This document shows positions 14,443 through 26,627 of a stretch of 64,000 bases of DNA, piece after piece (position 1 is the stretch's first letter; each line of letters opens with the position of its first letter). Made by a program: the position numbers and the translations under genes. Origin of the DNA: Pelomyxa schiedti (Eukaryota > Protista > Evosea); NCBI GenBank assembly GCA_020536535.1, contig JAHLWZ010000857.1, positions 6,821-70,820 on the forward strand, given 5' to 3'. The notes beneath the pieces were generated by a model. It was not told the DNA's origin. It made no database searches and was given only the letters and a program-made list of their open reading frames with translations.

Positions 14443-15882
14443 TTAAATTTTGTGTGTCCAGAAAAGCACATTACCGAATCCGCGTTGTTTGGCTTGAAGA
14501 GAGAATTCCTAGGTTATTGGTGGTTAGTTTAGGATTGATTGGGATTGTTTTTACGTGGATTTCGCTCTCTCTGTGCCGTATACTGAAGTGAATCAAGAAG
14601 AACATGTTCTTTGGGTGTGCTGAAACTTTTGAGTGTGAGAACAGTGCAGTACTGGGATACTAGTCTACTTACTCATGGGAGCAAGTTGTTCCCAGTGGGT
14701 GTGAGCTTCGTCGTCATCCCCAGAAAAAGGAGAGGGATTTTTTTTCCGCTTGGGCTTGGTGATAGTAGTGTTTGCACTGAGGGTAGTGACTGGGTCTTCA
14801 CTTACTGCTGTGGTAGTACTTGTTGTATTGGAATCTGTGGCAGTAGTTGTTGTTGTATTGGAATCTGTGACATCAGTCCCGGTCGGAGGTGCTGGTACAT
14901 CGGTAGTTGTTTTAGTCACATGGTCGGTAGGGTGATCTTCGACTGAAGACATAGGCAGATGTGTACATTCAGTAATGATGGTTGGGTAGTCGAAAATCAT
15001 GCCGTTCTTTTCAAAGACCTTATTCAAGTGAGGAAAGTTGGAAAAATAACTGATTACATCTGGAGTGGTATCACCAAGATATGCAAAAATGGGAATCTCC
15101 ATCTGGGTGGTGACAGATTTTCCGGCCTGTTTGGCTTTTCTGTGATACACATCAATTTTTTTTATGTTCTGACCTTCCTCAAGTTCGCAATTTCTTTTCC
15201 TGGTAGGCCTTTGTATTCCTCAGCTAATTTTTCACGAACCTCTGAGAAACAGTAACCCACGCAAGGAACAGTATGCTCACACGCTACAACTTTGGCAATG
15301 TACTTTCCTATCTGCATGTTATTTAGATGACGAACTTTCAGCTCCTCCACGCCTTCAATGTGTCTCCAGGGTTTACTCCAATTAAAATGTATTTGCCCTC
15401 CCCAGTGTCGGCGTCAGTAAAGCTAATAGGTTTTGCTCTTATGCTTGTTACAACAAGAAGTATGGTACCTGTTCAGGGCCTGTGAGGCAGCAATGTATTT
15501 ATTCAAAAAGGGGACAATGGGTGCTGGTGCGTAAACAGTGACGGGAGCGACACGACTCAAGAAATACGGTAATTGATAACTGTGATCAGCATGACCGTGT
15601 GTGATAAAAACATGAGAGGGCTTGATTCTTTTACAATTGTGACAGAAAAGAAAAACACGCGAGGTCTTACCTTCTGGTTCTTTACATCACCAGCATCTGC
15701 AACATGAAAAGAGGGTGAGAAAGGAAAGCACACGGAGAGGTAAAAAAGAAACCGAGTTGCCAGTTGAGTTCCGGGATCCAAAACGCAGTGGCCTCTCCAG
15801 CCCTCGAATGACCAATTAAAGTGAGCTTGCTGTTCGGGATCTTCTCGGTCCTCACGAGTTTGTTGTACTTGTTATCGCACAT
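14443..15882 (-). CDS. Short-form (TM-type-like) tRNase Z / metallo-beta-lactamase-fold nuclease
   Basis: LIGHSRAGEAT, DAG, FLSHTHADH (spliced), EHTVPCVGY, KLAEEYKGLPGKEIANLRK (flexible-arm KL motif), AYLGDT, ITECT, HTHW and FFLIHFSIRH. Stop at 14443-14445. Confidence 0.85.
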
Positions 15883-16168
15883 GTCTCACTACCACCAGCA
15901 CTATCCTGTCTGAGAAACAAACAAACGATTCTTTCATGTTTTATGCGGCGTTCTGCGAGTTTGTTCCGGCTTTCTACATGGAAAGCAGGGAGGAAGAGTG
16001 CAGGGAACTGCTGCCAACACTGAATAACAACTTGGATTTTTTTTCTGAGGCAGCACACAGATCAGTTGTTCAGAATTAATAAGAAAACAAAAAGGAGAAC
16101 AAGGGACAACGTTTGTTTGTGGTTTGGTGTGTTGATAAGGGAGTACGAGTAGGGGTGTGGTTGCATAA

Positions 16169-17770
16169 ATGGGAGATCTGGACTCTAGTAAATATCGGTT
16201 TGCGATGGAGCTGGAGGCACTGGTGAAACAGTTCCCAAAGATCCCACGCAATCTGCTCATAGATGCACTTAGTACCGCCGGTGCGTTCGTGGTTTATTGC
16301 AATCATTACTTTTTTTTTGTTTTTTGTAAAAGCACTAACTCCCAGTACAGGCACAGTCGACGGTGCTGTAAGACTTATCTGTTCGGGGGGTCTTAGTGCT
16401 GCGGCGCGACCTCAACCGGATCCAGCGTAACTTACTTAAGTGTTCTGGATAGTGCTTACTTTTCCATGGGGTGGTGGGGGAAAAAAAAATATAGAACACT
16501 TGAACTTCCACTTACCACAACACTCAGTACCACAACAGCCACTACAGAAAAAACACATCCTGAACCCACACCCAACTCTGTTCACCCCCGTAACATACAG
16601 ACGTTGATAACACTGACAGGGAAAATCTCTTCAGTAAGTGTTTCTGACAACTAGAAAGCATGCGTAACAGTTTGCTACACAGACAGATCCACATACTATT
16701 GTATATAGTTTTGCCTTGCAAGGGACAGAGCCTTCTGCAAAGGATTGGGTCGGCCTCTACATTCATAATAGGCATTCCAAGTTTGCTTCCAATACCGTGT
16801 TGTAATACTGTTGCATAGGCAATATTCCAACAAGTATTCCGCCTATCAGCATACCAGTAAGTCCAACAAAACCCATTTCCATCCATAACTCGTGTATAGC
16901 TGGAGGGAGCACAGGAGAAGGCCAGTTTTCCGATTTAGTTGATGGATACTATGACCTCCGTTTATTCCTTAATGGCGAGAAAGATGTTCCTGTGTGCCGG
17001 AGTGATCCAGTACTTGTGGGTGAAGCAGTTGATCTCAGGGCAACACTACAGGGCAGAAATGTAATTGTGTCATGGGATCACTCCAAATCTTCATCAAACC
17101 CCACAAGGGACTGGATTGGATTGTTCCCAGTGGTGTGTATGTGAACATCCTTGTGCACTTCTAATTGTTGGGTTTTCCCTGCAGAGGACTTATAGCAATA
17201 AAAAGTATCTCTCATTCGCATATTGTAATGACACTGGTAAAGTTACTCTTGGACCAGTGCCTTACGGCGATGCAGAGCACGAGTGTCGATACTTTAAAGC
17301 AACCAGCGGTTATTGTTATTCTGGCAAGTCTAAAGCTTTCTCTGTTCCAAACCAAGATATGATACTTCCCTCTGCAGAAGACATAACGTAACATCCAAGA
17401 AACACTTCGTGTACAACAATTTAACTGTAACAAAGGCATGGACAGAATTTACAAGTTCACTGGCGCCTTACAACTGTGTCCCCAAATAAATCGGATTGGG
17501 TTGGTGTATTTCCAAAAGGAGCTCCAAGCACAAACTACGCTTTATGCAAATACACTACTCAAGGTACTCTGGCCCCTTTAGGTGACAGTGGCTTGATCAC
17601 TTTCAGTGGAGCTGAAACTTCCAAGGTGGCTTCCCTCCACTTTCTCCTTCAGAACTCACCTTGTGTAGCTACTCCCAGGTTCTTATGACTTGAGGTTCTT
17701 TGCGGCCACCAATGGCACTTACGCGTTGCACATGCACGCCTCCGTGAACATCAAGGCGCGTGCATTCTGA
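16169..17770 (+). CDS. CUE-like ubiquitin-binding domain plus three SKICH/Ig-like beta domains
   Basis: LEALVKQFPKIPRNLLIDALSTAGTVDGAVRLI fits the CUE pattern. Three repeats carry DWVGLY / DWIGLF / DWVGVF followed by (Y)DLR or ECRY strands. Confidence 0.65.
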
Positions 17771-17840
17771 ACGTTATAAAATCAAACACTCCAGCACCTG
17801 TTGCCTGTTGTAAAAAAAAAAATTGAACAATTACCCGGAG

Positions 17841-19252
17841 ATGGGGGGAAACCATAGCAAAGCCAAAAACAGCAAACACAGACCCACAAGTGAGGAGCCG
17901 AACAGCCACGTAGAAGCAGACCACACGCCCAGCACAGAAAACACATCCGCCGCGACTCCAACTTTGTCAACGTCGACATCAACAACAAGCGAAGGGGCGG
18001 AGGCAAATGATGGGATCCATGACACTGAACACGACGCCGTGAGTGGTGGGAGTGAAACTGAGCCAGGAGATGGAGAGAGCACGACTCCTGCTCCGCCACC
18101 GCCGCCTCCTCCGCCCCCTGTTCCAAGTATGTCTGGCTGTTCGTTTCTGTGTTATGGGATTGTATTCTCACTGACTTAAGAGAGTTCTGCCTCTACTACT
18201 AGCAGTAAAAGTGCGGGAAGCCGCGGGAAGGGAAAAACGGCTGAGGAGAAAATGGCTCTCTACCAGTCACATGCAAATAAGCTTCGGATGGGCTCTGTTG
18301 GGTCCCCTTACATGTTGACTCCTCATACTCCCGCAACTTGGAACGCACTTGTGATCACTGACACCCATTTGTGTAAAACGGTGAGTGAACTCCATAATAC
18401 CTATATGTAACCCCAATATATAGCGGTGAAACATTTGTTCACACCTTCACAAATATGAAACTCAAGGATAAAAGCTATTTCTCGCGAAGCAACCAAGATA
18501 AGGTATTTTTAAAAAGAGGTTGCTTATTCCCATATATTAACAACTATAAAGATGTTTGAAACACTTGGGAGAGTAATTACTTCTGTGTCCCCATCAGAAA
18601 TCATTATCCTTGGAGATGTTTTCCATTCAGTTAGTCAAAAGGAAGCGGACCCAGTTTGGTGTCTGTCAATCATAGAAAAGTTTCTTTCCTTTGGACTGCA
18701 TGCAACTATAATAGGAGGTTTACAGCTTTTCGATGACTTATACCATTAATAAAGCACTGCAGGTAACCATGACCGCTGGATGTTTGAAAAATGGGGAGAC
18801 CAGTGGCAAAAAAAGCACCCCAAGCACTTAAAAGTTGTCAGGGAAAAACTGATGCTGGCCCAAGACCGTGCTGAGACCCATAAGTTTTACTTCACCCACG
18901 ATGGTAACTCCCCTTCATTCTCTCCTCACACTTTTAACACGCTCCTCACCACACAGGAGGCACCGCACTTTGGTTGAGCCCCCTACAAGAAGTCCCCTTT
19001 GTTCTGGGGCAGAGAGCCGCCCAGGGCCTGCAAGCCGGCGACTGCCTCTGCACCGGCCACGTGCACCGCACCCACGATATGATGGAGGCTCATGGCTGTG
19101 CCTCCTTGGGCTCGTGCACAGGCTCTGGGTCATCATTCCACTATGCAGTGTTTACTGAGGCCCAACAAGAACCAGCTTCTCTGGAACCGGGGAGTGCTGG
19201 ACGAGCAACACCTCAGCAAGGACTCCTCACCATCAAGTTCTACACGGCTTGA
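17841..19252 (+). CDS. Calcineurin-like metallophosphoesterase with predicted N-myristoylation
   Basis: The motifs TDTH, LGDVFH, GNHD (across an intron), FTHD and GHVH occur in order. The N-terminus is MGGNHSK, followed by an acidic and poly-Pro linker. Confidence 0.82.
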
Positions 19253-19987
19253 GAAGGGGTGGAGGATAGACTAACATAACTTTACACCTCTTCCAATGAG
19301 GTGTCCACCGAAGTCGGGCAAATTTATTCACCAAACGCACCACGTCTTGCATCATAACCAAAAGTAAAGGGACGTTCAATTGCAATACCTAAAAATTCTG
19401 TCTCACACCCATCACACCCACTCTCGAGAAGTTCCGAGGGTACTCAAAAGAGGCACAGGCAAGGAATGTCTGTCAACAAAAAAAAAATCGGGATAACCCA
19501 GACACCACAATCGTAGCTATTACCAGTCAGTATTGCACTCAGCATTACCGCTGCCATTACCAAGAAGTAATGGCGAATCGATACACCCACTAAGCACTAC
19601 TAAAGTACAAGGAATAAAGACTTTCAGAGCCAGAACTAACACTGGGAAAAGGAATTGATGCTGGTCAAGGTGGCCGAGGGCACACAAAAGTGGTGCTTTG
19701 TGATGTTTTTGTTTTTCGCACAAACGTACCAGAAACAGAGCACGTTAATCCGAATAAATTCCTAAAACCACGGATTGGCACTTAGCAGAATGACCCGAAC
19801 AAAAACCCAAAAACAAAACAAATAAAGGACGCTTCGAAAGGAGCCGTGCCCACCCCCACCCTTTTGGTTTTTTTTTTTTTTGTTTCGTGTCAGCCCACAG
19901 TGCTTTTTAACACATTACGGTCCATAGCACCACAAACAACCAAACAACCAAACATCAAAAAAAAAAAAAAATAAAAAAAATAAAAAA

Positions 19988-22900
19988 ATGGCCAGCGCAC
20001 CAAAGACCACAACACTGAGATCCAGTGACGGTTGCGAAGTGGTTGTGACGAGCACACCATTGGACACACCGACATTTGTACCGGGGGACCCTCTGGGCTA
20101 CGTGTACAAGGGAATGAAGTACAAGGACAAGGTGGCGTACGCGGCTCTTTCGCGCATGCAATCTGCTGCTGCTCCTACTTCTGCTTCTGCTTCGGCAAAT
20201 TGTGGGACGGTGGCTACTACTGCCGAAAAGGATCTGTCGTTCTCCTCGGTGAAGGCGGAGATACGCGATTTTGGAGGGTACAAGTGCGTGTGGATCAGCC
20301 ACGACCAGTCATTTTTCAACGGCACTATTGGATGCGTGGAGGGCGAAGTAATGGCAAGGGCATTGGAGAAGGCCTACGAGTTGAAATTACCTTTGGTTTT
20401 ATCTTGCTCGGGTGGTGGTTTACGAATTCAAGGTACGGTTTTGACTTTTTTTTTCCACTTTCCACTCTCCACTTCCTCCTCTCTTCGTTATGAACTCACT
20501 CTCTTTTCACAGAGGGTTCTTTTCCTATTCATGAGATGGCAAAGTACTTTACCATTATGAGCAAACTGAAAGATGCCGGCATGCATCTTATACCCTCAAT
20601 AAATCTAGTAACAAAACTTAGGAATTCCAACAATTAGTATCTTCAATAATCCGTCCCTTAGTGCAGCCACTGTCTATGGATCGGCTTCAGATATAACAAT
20701 AGGTTTAAGGAGCGCACGTATTGGAATTTTCGAGGAGCTGGAAATTCTTGAAACAGTATTCAAAGGGGATTATGCACCTTATGATGTCACTTGTCCGCCT
20801 GCTTTTCAGACATCCCAATTCGTTTATGACAATGGCAGGCTAGACATTATCGTAGACCACGAAAACAGTGAATACTTACGCAAGTTATTACACATAGTTT
20901 CTGAGGGGAGGAGAGTGTGGCACGATACACCCAGATCTGAAATCAAGGCAATGCTAGAAGCAAAACTTGCTGAGCGCCCATTAGTACCTCCCAGGATGGA
21001 AGTCGATTTTGATCTTGTTAAACTCCGTGATATGGGGAGAATACAAGTACAAGATTGCCTTGACCTTCTATTTGAGGAATTCGTAGAGTTACATGGAGAT
21101 GGAAATAACAGGTCAAATACATGTACCCGTGGAGGAGTTGCGCTTCTTAATGGACTCCCTGTGATGGTTATTGGTACAGATAAGGGCCATACCCCAGAAT
21201 TGATTGTTCAACGTAACTACGGAATGGTAAGCCCTGGGGACTTGCGCTTTGCTCGTAGGATTTTGCATATTGCTAGGCGATGGAGATTCCCCTTGATTGT
21301 TCTGGCCGATTGCCCAGGAGCCTTGCCCACCTTTGAAAGCGAAGAAGGTGGTGTCTACAAAATAATCTCAGAGCTAAATCTTGGAATGACAAAGAGTAAA
21401 GTTCCAGTTATATCCTTCGTTCTTTCCGAAGCTGGGAGTGGTGGTGCCGCATGTTTATGCAATCATACCGACTCGCTTGTTATTCTTTCAAATGCCTATT
21501 TTGGAGTTATGACACCAGAGGCAGCAGCGTCAGTCCTTGGAGGAAGCACACCCAATATGGAACAAGGGGAGTTGATCAACAAGATTATGAGTGCTCTGCA
21601 ATTCCGGGGCCCCCAGCTTTTCAAGATGGGTCTGGTTGATCAAATCGTGCAAGAAGGAGAAACCATAAAAGAAACCATCGATCAAATGAGAGCCTGCTTC
21701 TTTGCAGCTCTTGCCCCGCTCGTAGAGTTATCTCCTCAGGAACTGGTGGAAAAGCGCTTTCACAAATTCCGACCTTTACGTAAATCACTTCAAGAAGTGG
21801 GTGGTGAAGAAATGGAAGCCTTAATGAAAGAGTTCCAGAATGCTCTTAAAGCTCCACCACCTGCCAGACCAAGTACCCGAGGAAAACCTACCGGGCCTTC
21901 TAATGGAGTCACTACTGCTACTCCTGCCTATATGAGGTTTTTATCTGAAATGACGCTATTGGGGCTCAAGAAGTTTGACACTGAGGGTAACGACGATGCT
22001 AAAAATGTGGAAGCTATAGAGGCCAAGCTTCCGAAGTTCGTGTTTGAAAAGCAAGACCTAGATCCCAGCTACCCAACCATAAAGGCAATTCTTGACGGTT
22101 CAGGACCAGCAGCAGTTTCACAGTGGTTGATATTGCAAGGTCCCCACCAAGTTTTCTTCTCTGACACATCTTTGTGTGACGGCCAGCAGTGTTTACTTTC
22201 TGGCCACGTACGTACACGCGATCTACTTGCTGTAGCAGATATCTTTTCACACACAGTGCTTGTAAACAGCAGCTCTCTTTTCTCCCTAGAGATTTGGGGG
22301 GAGGAAGTATTCCACTCATGTCTGACTACTCTTAATGAAGATCCTTGGGAACGCCTGAGACTCCTCAGAGCTTCACTACCACAACATGTGGCACTTCAAA
22401 TGGTGTTGAGTGGAGATTCCCTTGTTTCATTGAGTAAACAACCACGAGACGTAGCTCGTATATTTATCACAGCGGCCGCCAGGAATGGGATTGATGTGTT
22501 TAGGATTTATGACAATTTCAACAACGTGTCCAATATGATGGAAATTGCAGCCATCGTAAATGAATGCCAAAAAATTTCTGAACTGACAATCTGTTTCTGT
22601 GGGGACTTTGAGAACGAAACAGAGACAGTCTACACCTTGGATTACTATAAGGTTCATTGACTATTTGTTAACCAAGTGCACTGACTTGTTACAGAGGTTA
22701 GCTAACTCTATTTCAAAAACGTGTGCCCATATTCTTGCCCTGGAGGACATGGCTGGAATTGTTAAACCGTCACATGCAGCTCCACTCCTGGCTGCTCTTC
22801 GGGAAGCTTCCGGCAACCGACTACCTATTCACTTTCATACCCATGACACCACTGGTGTTGGGCTTCAAACCGTTATCTCCATGGTAGAAGAAGGGTGCGA

Positions 22901-24221
22901 AATCGTTGATGTATGCGTTCCCCAGTGTATGGCTGAGACCCCTTCACAACCATCCCTCAGCGCCCTCGCTCTTACTCTTAAATGCATAGCTTGTCCGCGA
23001 GAGGTTCAAGTAGACGCACCTTCACTTGCAGAGATGGACAGTGCCTGGAGGGGAATACTCCGCGCTCCATGGTATTCCAAGTTGAACGTACACCATTGTC
23101 CATCCACAGCTGCTTACAGTCATGCCCTACCTGGGTGGCAGTACAATACTATGTACCGTAAATGCCAGCGAGAACACATAGAACACCTCATTCCCCAAGT
23201 GCTGGTAGCATACAAACAAACCGATTTAGCACTAGGTCGGATCATCAAAGTTACAGCAGTCAGTACCGCTGTGCTGGATCACGCCATACACAGTGTCGTT
23301 AAGGGAGTGGATGCGACAACCGCACTGTTGGCAGACAAAATATGTCCCATTCCGCAAACTGTGAAGGACATGCTGAATGGTGTCTATGGAATGCCGGAAG
23401 CTGGTTTTCCTGCTGGAATTCTTTCCGCCACAGCCTCCAACCCCTTGAAGCATGGGGCACCACCAGAGTTAGACCTGGAAAATGTTTCCAATAGGGTCAA
23501 AAAAGCTTTCCCCAATGCCCCTACCCCAACTCCTATGGAGTACATCCTGAATGCTGCTCTTTTCAATGATGCCTATCTCGTTCAACATGCCAAATGGGTG
23601 AACCACTATGGTACACTCACGTCGGGAATTCCATCAAGGGCCTTCTGGAGTGGGATGCCGGTGGGGTCGTCAGTTCATATCCACAACTACTCGTCCTTAT
23701 CCGGAAACCACTGCCCACCCTCCTCACTGCTCCCTGCGTACGTCCCCCCCAATCTGTCCCCCTCACTCCTGCCGAGTCCGTCGCCAGGGTTCCCCACAAT
23801 TTCTCCCATAGTCCTCATCTCGCACTCGCCCACCCTTTGCCGCTCCCGCTCCCCGTCACCATCACCCATCCCCTCACCCTGCGTGTCCCCAAGCATACCG
23901 CCCGTATCAATCACACCACTTCTGACCCCCTCCATCTTCCCCGTGTCGCCGAAGCTCCCCTCTCCCTGCCTATCTCCCATCCCTGTACAGTCCGCGTCCG
24001 CTTTAGCCGAAGCCAAGCTTCTGTCCGCAGAGACCCCTCAGATCCTCACTCTGAAGCTCAACAGAGTTTCGCCAGCAACACGGACTGGTTCTCGCACAGT
24101 CTCGTTCCAGTTGGATGGAAAGGACACTTTTGACTATAATGACGAGGGTCCCCAGGCAAGTATTACTCAAAGCTCATTCATTGACATCAGGACAATCCTT
24201 TCAAACGTGGGTTTGTTGTGA
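19988..24221 (+). CDS. AccD-AccA-pyruvate carboxylase carboxyltransferase fusion (transcarboxylase-like), divergent active sites, no biotin carrier
   Basis: AccD-like FFNGTIGCVEGE, SGGGLRIQEG, PPAFQTSQF. AccA-like ELHGDG, RNYGMVSPG, DCPGALP, EAGSGGA. PC/OadA-like EDPWERLR, GIDVFRIYD, EDMAG, HFHTHDT. Three introns: 20433-20512, 20579-20621 (GC-AG) and 22652-22694. Confidence 0.88.
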
Positions 24222-24268
24222 GGAGAAAAAAAGGCAGTAAGAAAAAGAAAAAACAGTTTTTTTTTTGT

Positions 24269-26555
24269 CTATGGGAAGTTGACAGACAAGGCCAAAGGCA
24301 CAAGAGAATCAGTGACAGCATTTCCCAAGTCAGCCCCCTCTGCTTGTATTTCCGTAAACAAATTACTGAAATAGTGTTGATCCTGGATAGAAATTAGCAT
24401 TGGGAGCACAGTTATGTGCCAAACTTGGTGTAGCTGGTCCTGAATCCCTGTGAGGCATTGTGTGAGTTTCTCTGTGTCTGGTCCACAATCTGGCAGTGAA
24501 TCCGCTAACATTGTGTAATGCTGTTGAACAGACTGCAAAATAAACTCAAGGCGGGCAAGTTTCTCCACTTCTTTGGCTTCAGAAAGGAAAAAGAAATAAG
24601 TGTGAACTTACATTCTTCATCTGTAGCTCTGTCCAAGTTCTTACCAAGATTCACTCTGTGAAATCGCGCACGGTTGTCGAGCTCTCCTTGGTATCTCAAT
24701 GTGGTTTCTTGGGTAGCCTTTTTTTTTTTGTTATTTTTTCTTTTTTTCACCTTGTGCCAGTAACCACAGTAATGTCTTTGGGTAATTGGCCAAGAACAGT
24801 TTTTTCTTCTTCACAAAAAGCATCCAAATTCTTAGTGCTTTCTGGTACAGTCAAAATGTGTACGAGGAGTGGGAAGAATACCAATGAAATCCCTTTGAGA
24901 ACTGTTCAATGAAACAATACTGTGCCCGGCATGTTTGTCATTGAGGCATTCCTCACAGACAGCACTTTCACAACTTGTGCATATTAATGTTATGGCTATG
25001 TCTGTATGCACTGGACAGGTAGAGGTATCAGTGACTGTGTGCATTTTTAATGGAAGAGGCTTTATATGACGTCAACGTGTAGAAAGAATGAAGTGAGTGT
25101 TTACCTTGTGGCGTGACCATTTTGGGCCAGAGTGCCTTCTTGCATAACAGCAATCACAAAAAATGAGGCCTTTACAGAATGCAATACTGTTGCACGTCTT
25201 AGTTCCTTGTGCTGAGTCTTGACAATTAGGGAGATTGCATGACGGGCCACCACTCTGGTTCCCCATTAGGGGCAGAAATATGAATTTGAGCTACCAGATA
25301 TCTTTTCACTTGCTCATTCACTTCCCTGAGCAGCGTATTTTGTTGTGCTGTCGGTGCTTTTTTTTTTAAACAAAAACATTCAGAAAATAAGACTATACTA
25401 TTTACAGGTGAGTTCAGCAATTTGATAACAGATAGGACAATTGAAACATCTTGGTGGAGAAGTCTGGCAAGACACGAGGATAAGCAGAAATGCGATAAAA
25501 TATATAGATATTATGTAAAGAGAGACTGAGAATCAAACCTCGGTCACAGGGAATATTGTTAGCATATCCGCTACGCACTTGCGGCAAAAAATGTGACCAC
25601 AGGACACTACCACGGGGTCTAAGTACATGTTGAAGCAGCACCCGCACGTCAAGTACCTTGAACCGGAGGTGCCGTTACCTGCCGAAACAGCCTCATCCGA
25701 AAGGAAGACATGTTCTCCTGCCGTAGCCTCGCCCATTCCACCGTGCTTTTCTATTACTATTCCTAGCTCAGTACTCTTCACACCCATAAGTGTGCCTGCG
25801 CTTGTGCTTGTGCTTGTGCTTGTGCTTGTGCTTGCGCTTGCGCTTGGGCTTGGGCTTGGGCTTGGGCTTGGGCTTGGGTTTGTGATTGTGATTGTGTTAT
25901 TTACGTTTGCACTTGCTTTCATCGTGCTTGTGCCGGTACTTGGAACAGGTGGCAAGGCCTGGGAGATTGATGAGAATGACGGGCTAGCAGGAACCGTCCT
26001 AGAAGTGATGGGCAGCGGGGGCAGAGGCTTAGAGCGCACCACAAAAGCGTCTCCCATCACACCCAGTGCGGGGCTCATGGGAGTCGCCCTGGGCGCCGCC
26101 GCCGGTGTCGGCGGAGACAAGGGCCTTGCAGTCGTCGTCGTGGTCGTCGTCGTCGCCGTTGTTGTCGCCGCTGGTTCTGCCGGGAAGGAACACAGGGCCG
26201 TGGGGATTGGGCGAAGGAGAGCGGGCGGGGACAAGGCCCGCATGGGTGTGCCCGGAGGGTACGGCGAGGGTGAGGGCGAGGCGCAGGGGGAGAAGGGAGG
26301 CGGCATCCTGGGGAGCGCACGGAGGTCGACGGGAGGCGGCATGTCCGCGGCGGTGACGGGGGACCGAGGCGGGGGCGCCGCGGGGCCCCGGGCGAAGGGG
26401 GGCGGCGCCCGAGGCGCCACTATCGCGGGCACAACAACGTGGGGCACAACAGGCGCCACGTAAGGCAGCGGGACAACCACAGGAATCGCAGGGGGCCCCT
26501 GCTCATTAGCCACTGGAGGCACTGAGGCCCCGTTGCCGCTCAAGTTGGGATCCAT
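24269..26555 (-). CDS. TRIM/RBCC-like E3 ligase (Pro-rich N-terminus, RING, two B-boxes, coiled coil)
   Basis: CGCCFNMYLDPVVVSCGHIFCRKC (RING), C..NC...C...FCDCCYARRH...RH (B-box1) and CPVH...LICTSCESAVCEECLNDKHAGH (B-box2), then heptad-rich helices. Confidence 0.82.
25801..25878. repeat. Coding hexamer microsatellite (CTTGTG)5(CTTGCG)2(CTTGGG)6
   Basis: Read directly. On the minus strand it encodes (PS)6(AS)2(TS)5. Confidence 0.95.
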
Positions 26556-26627
26556 TTTCTGTGATCAAATTTGCTGGCCAGTCGTTTCTGTTTGGCCGAA
26601 ACCTGTGCCTTTTTTTTTCAACGACGG
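26556..26627. promoter_or_regulatory. Putative compact bidirectional promoter
   Basis: Only 72 bp separate the divergent ATGs at 26555 (-) and 26628 (+). Confidence 0.5.

Noticed and set aside
25627-26463. Long antisense or alternate-frame ORFs (also 46512-47376, 51764-52416, 40951-41448)
   Set aside because: These are shadows of GC-rich or low-complexity coding sequence on the other strand, with no domain motifs.
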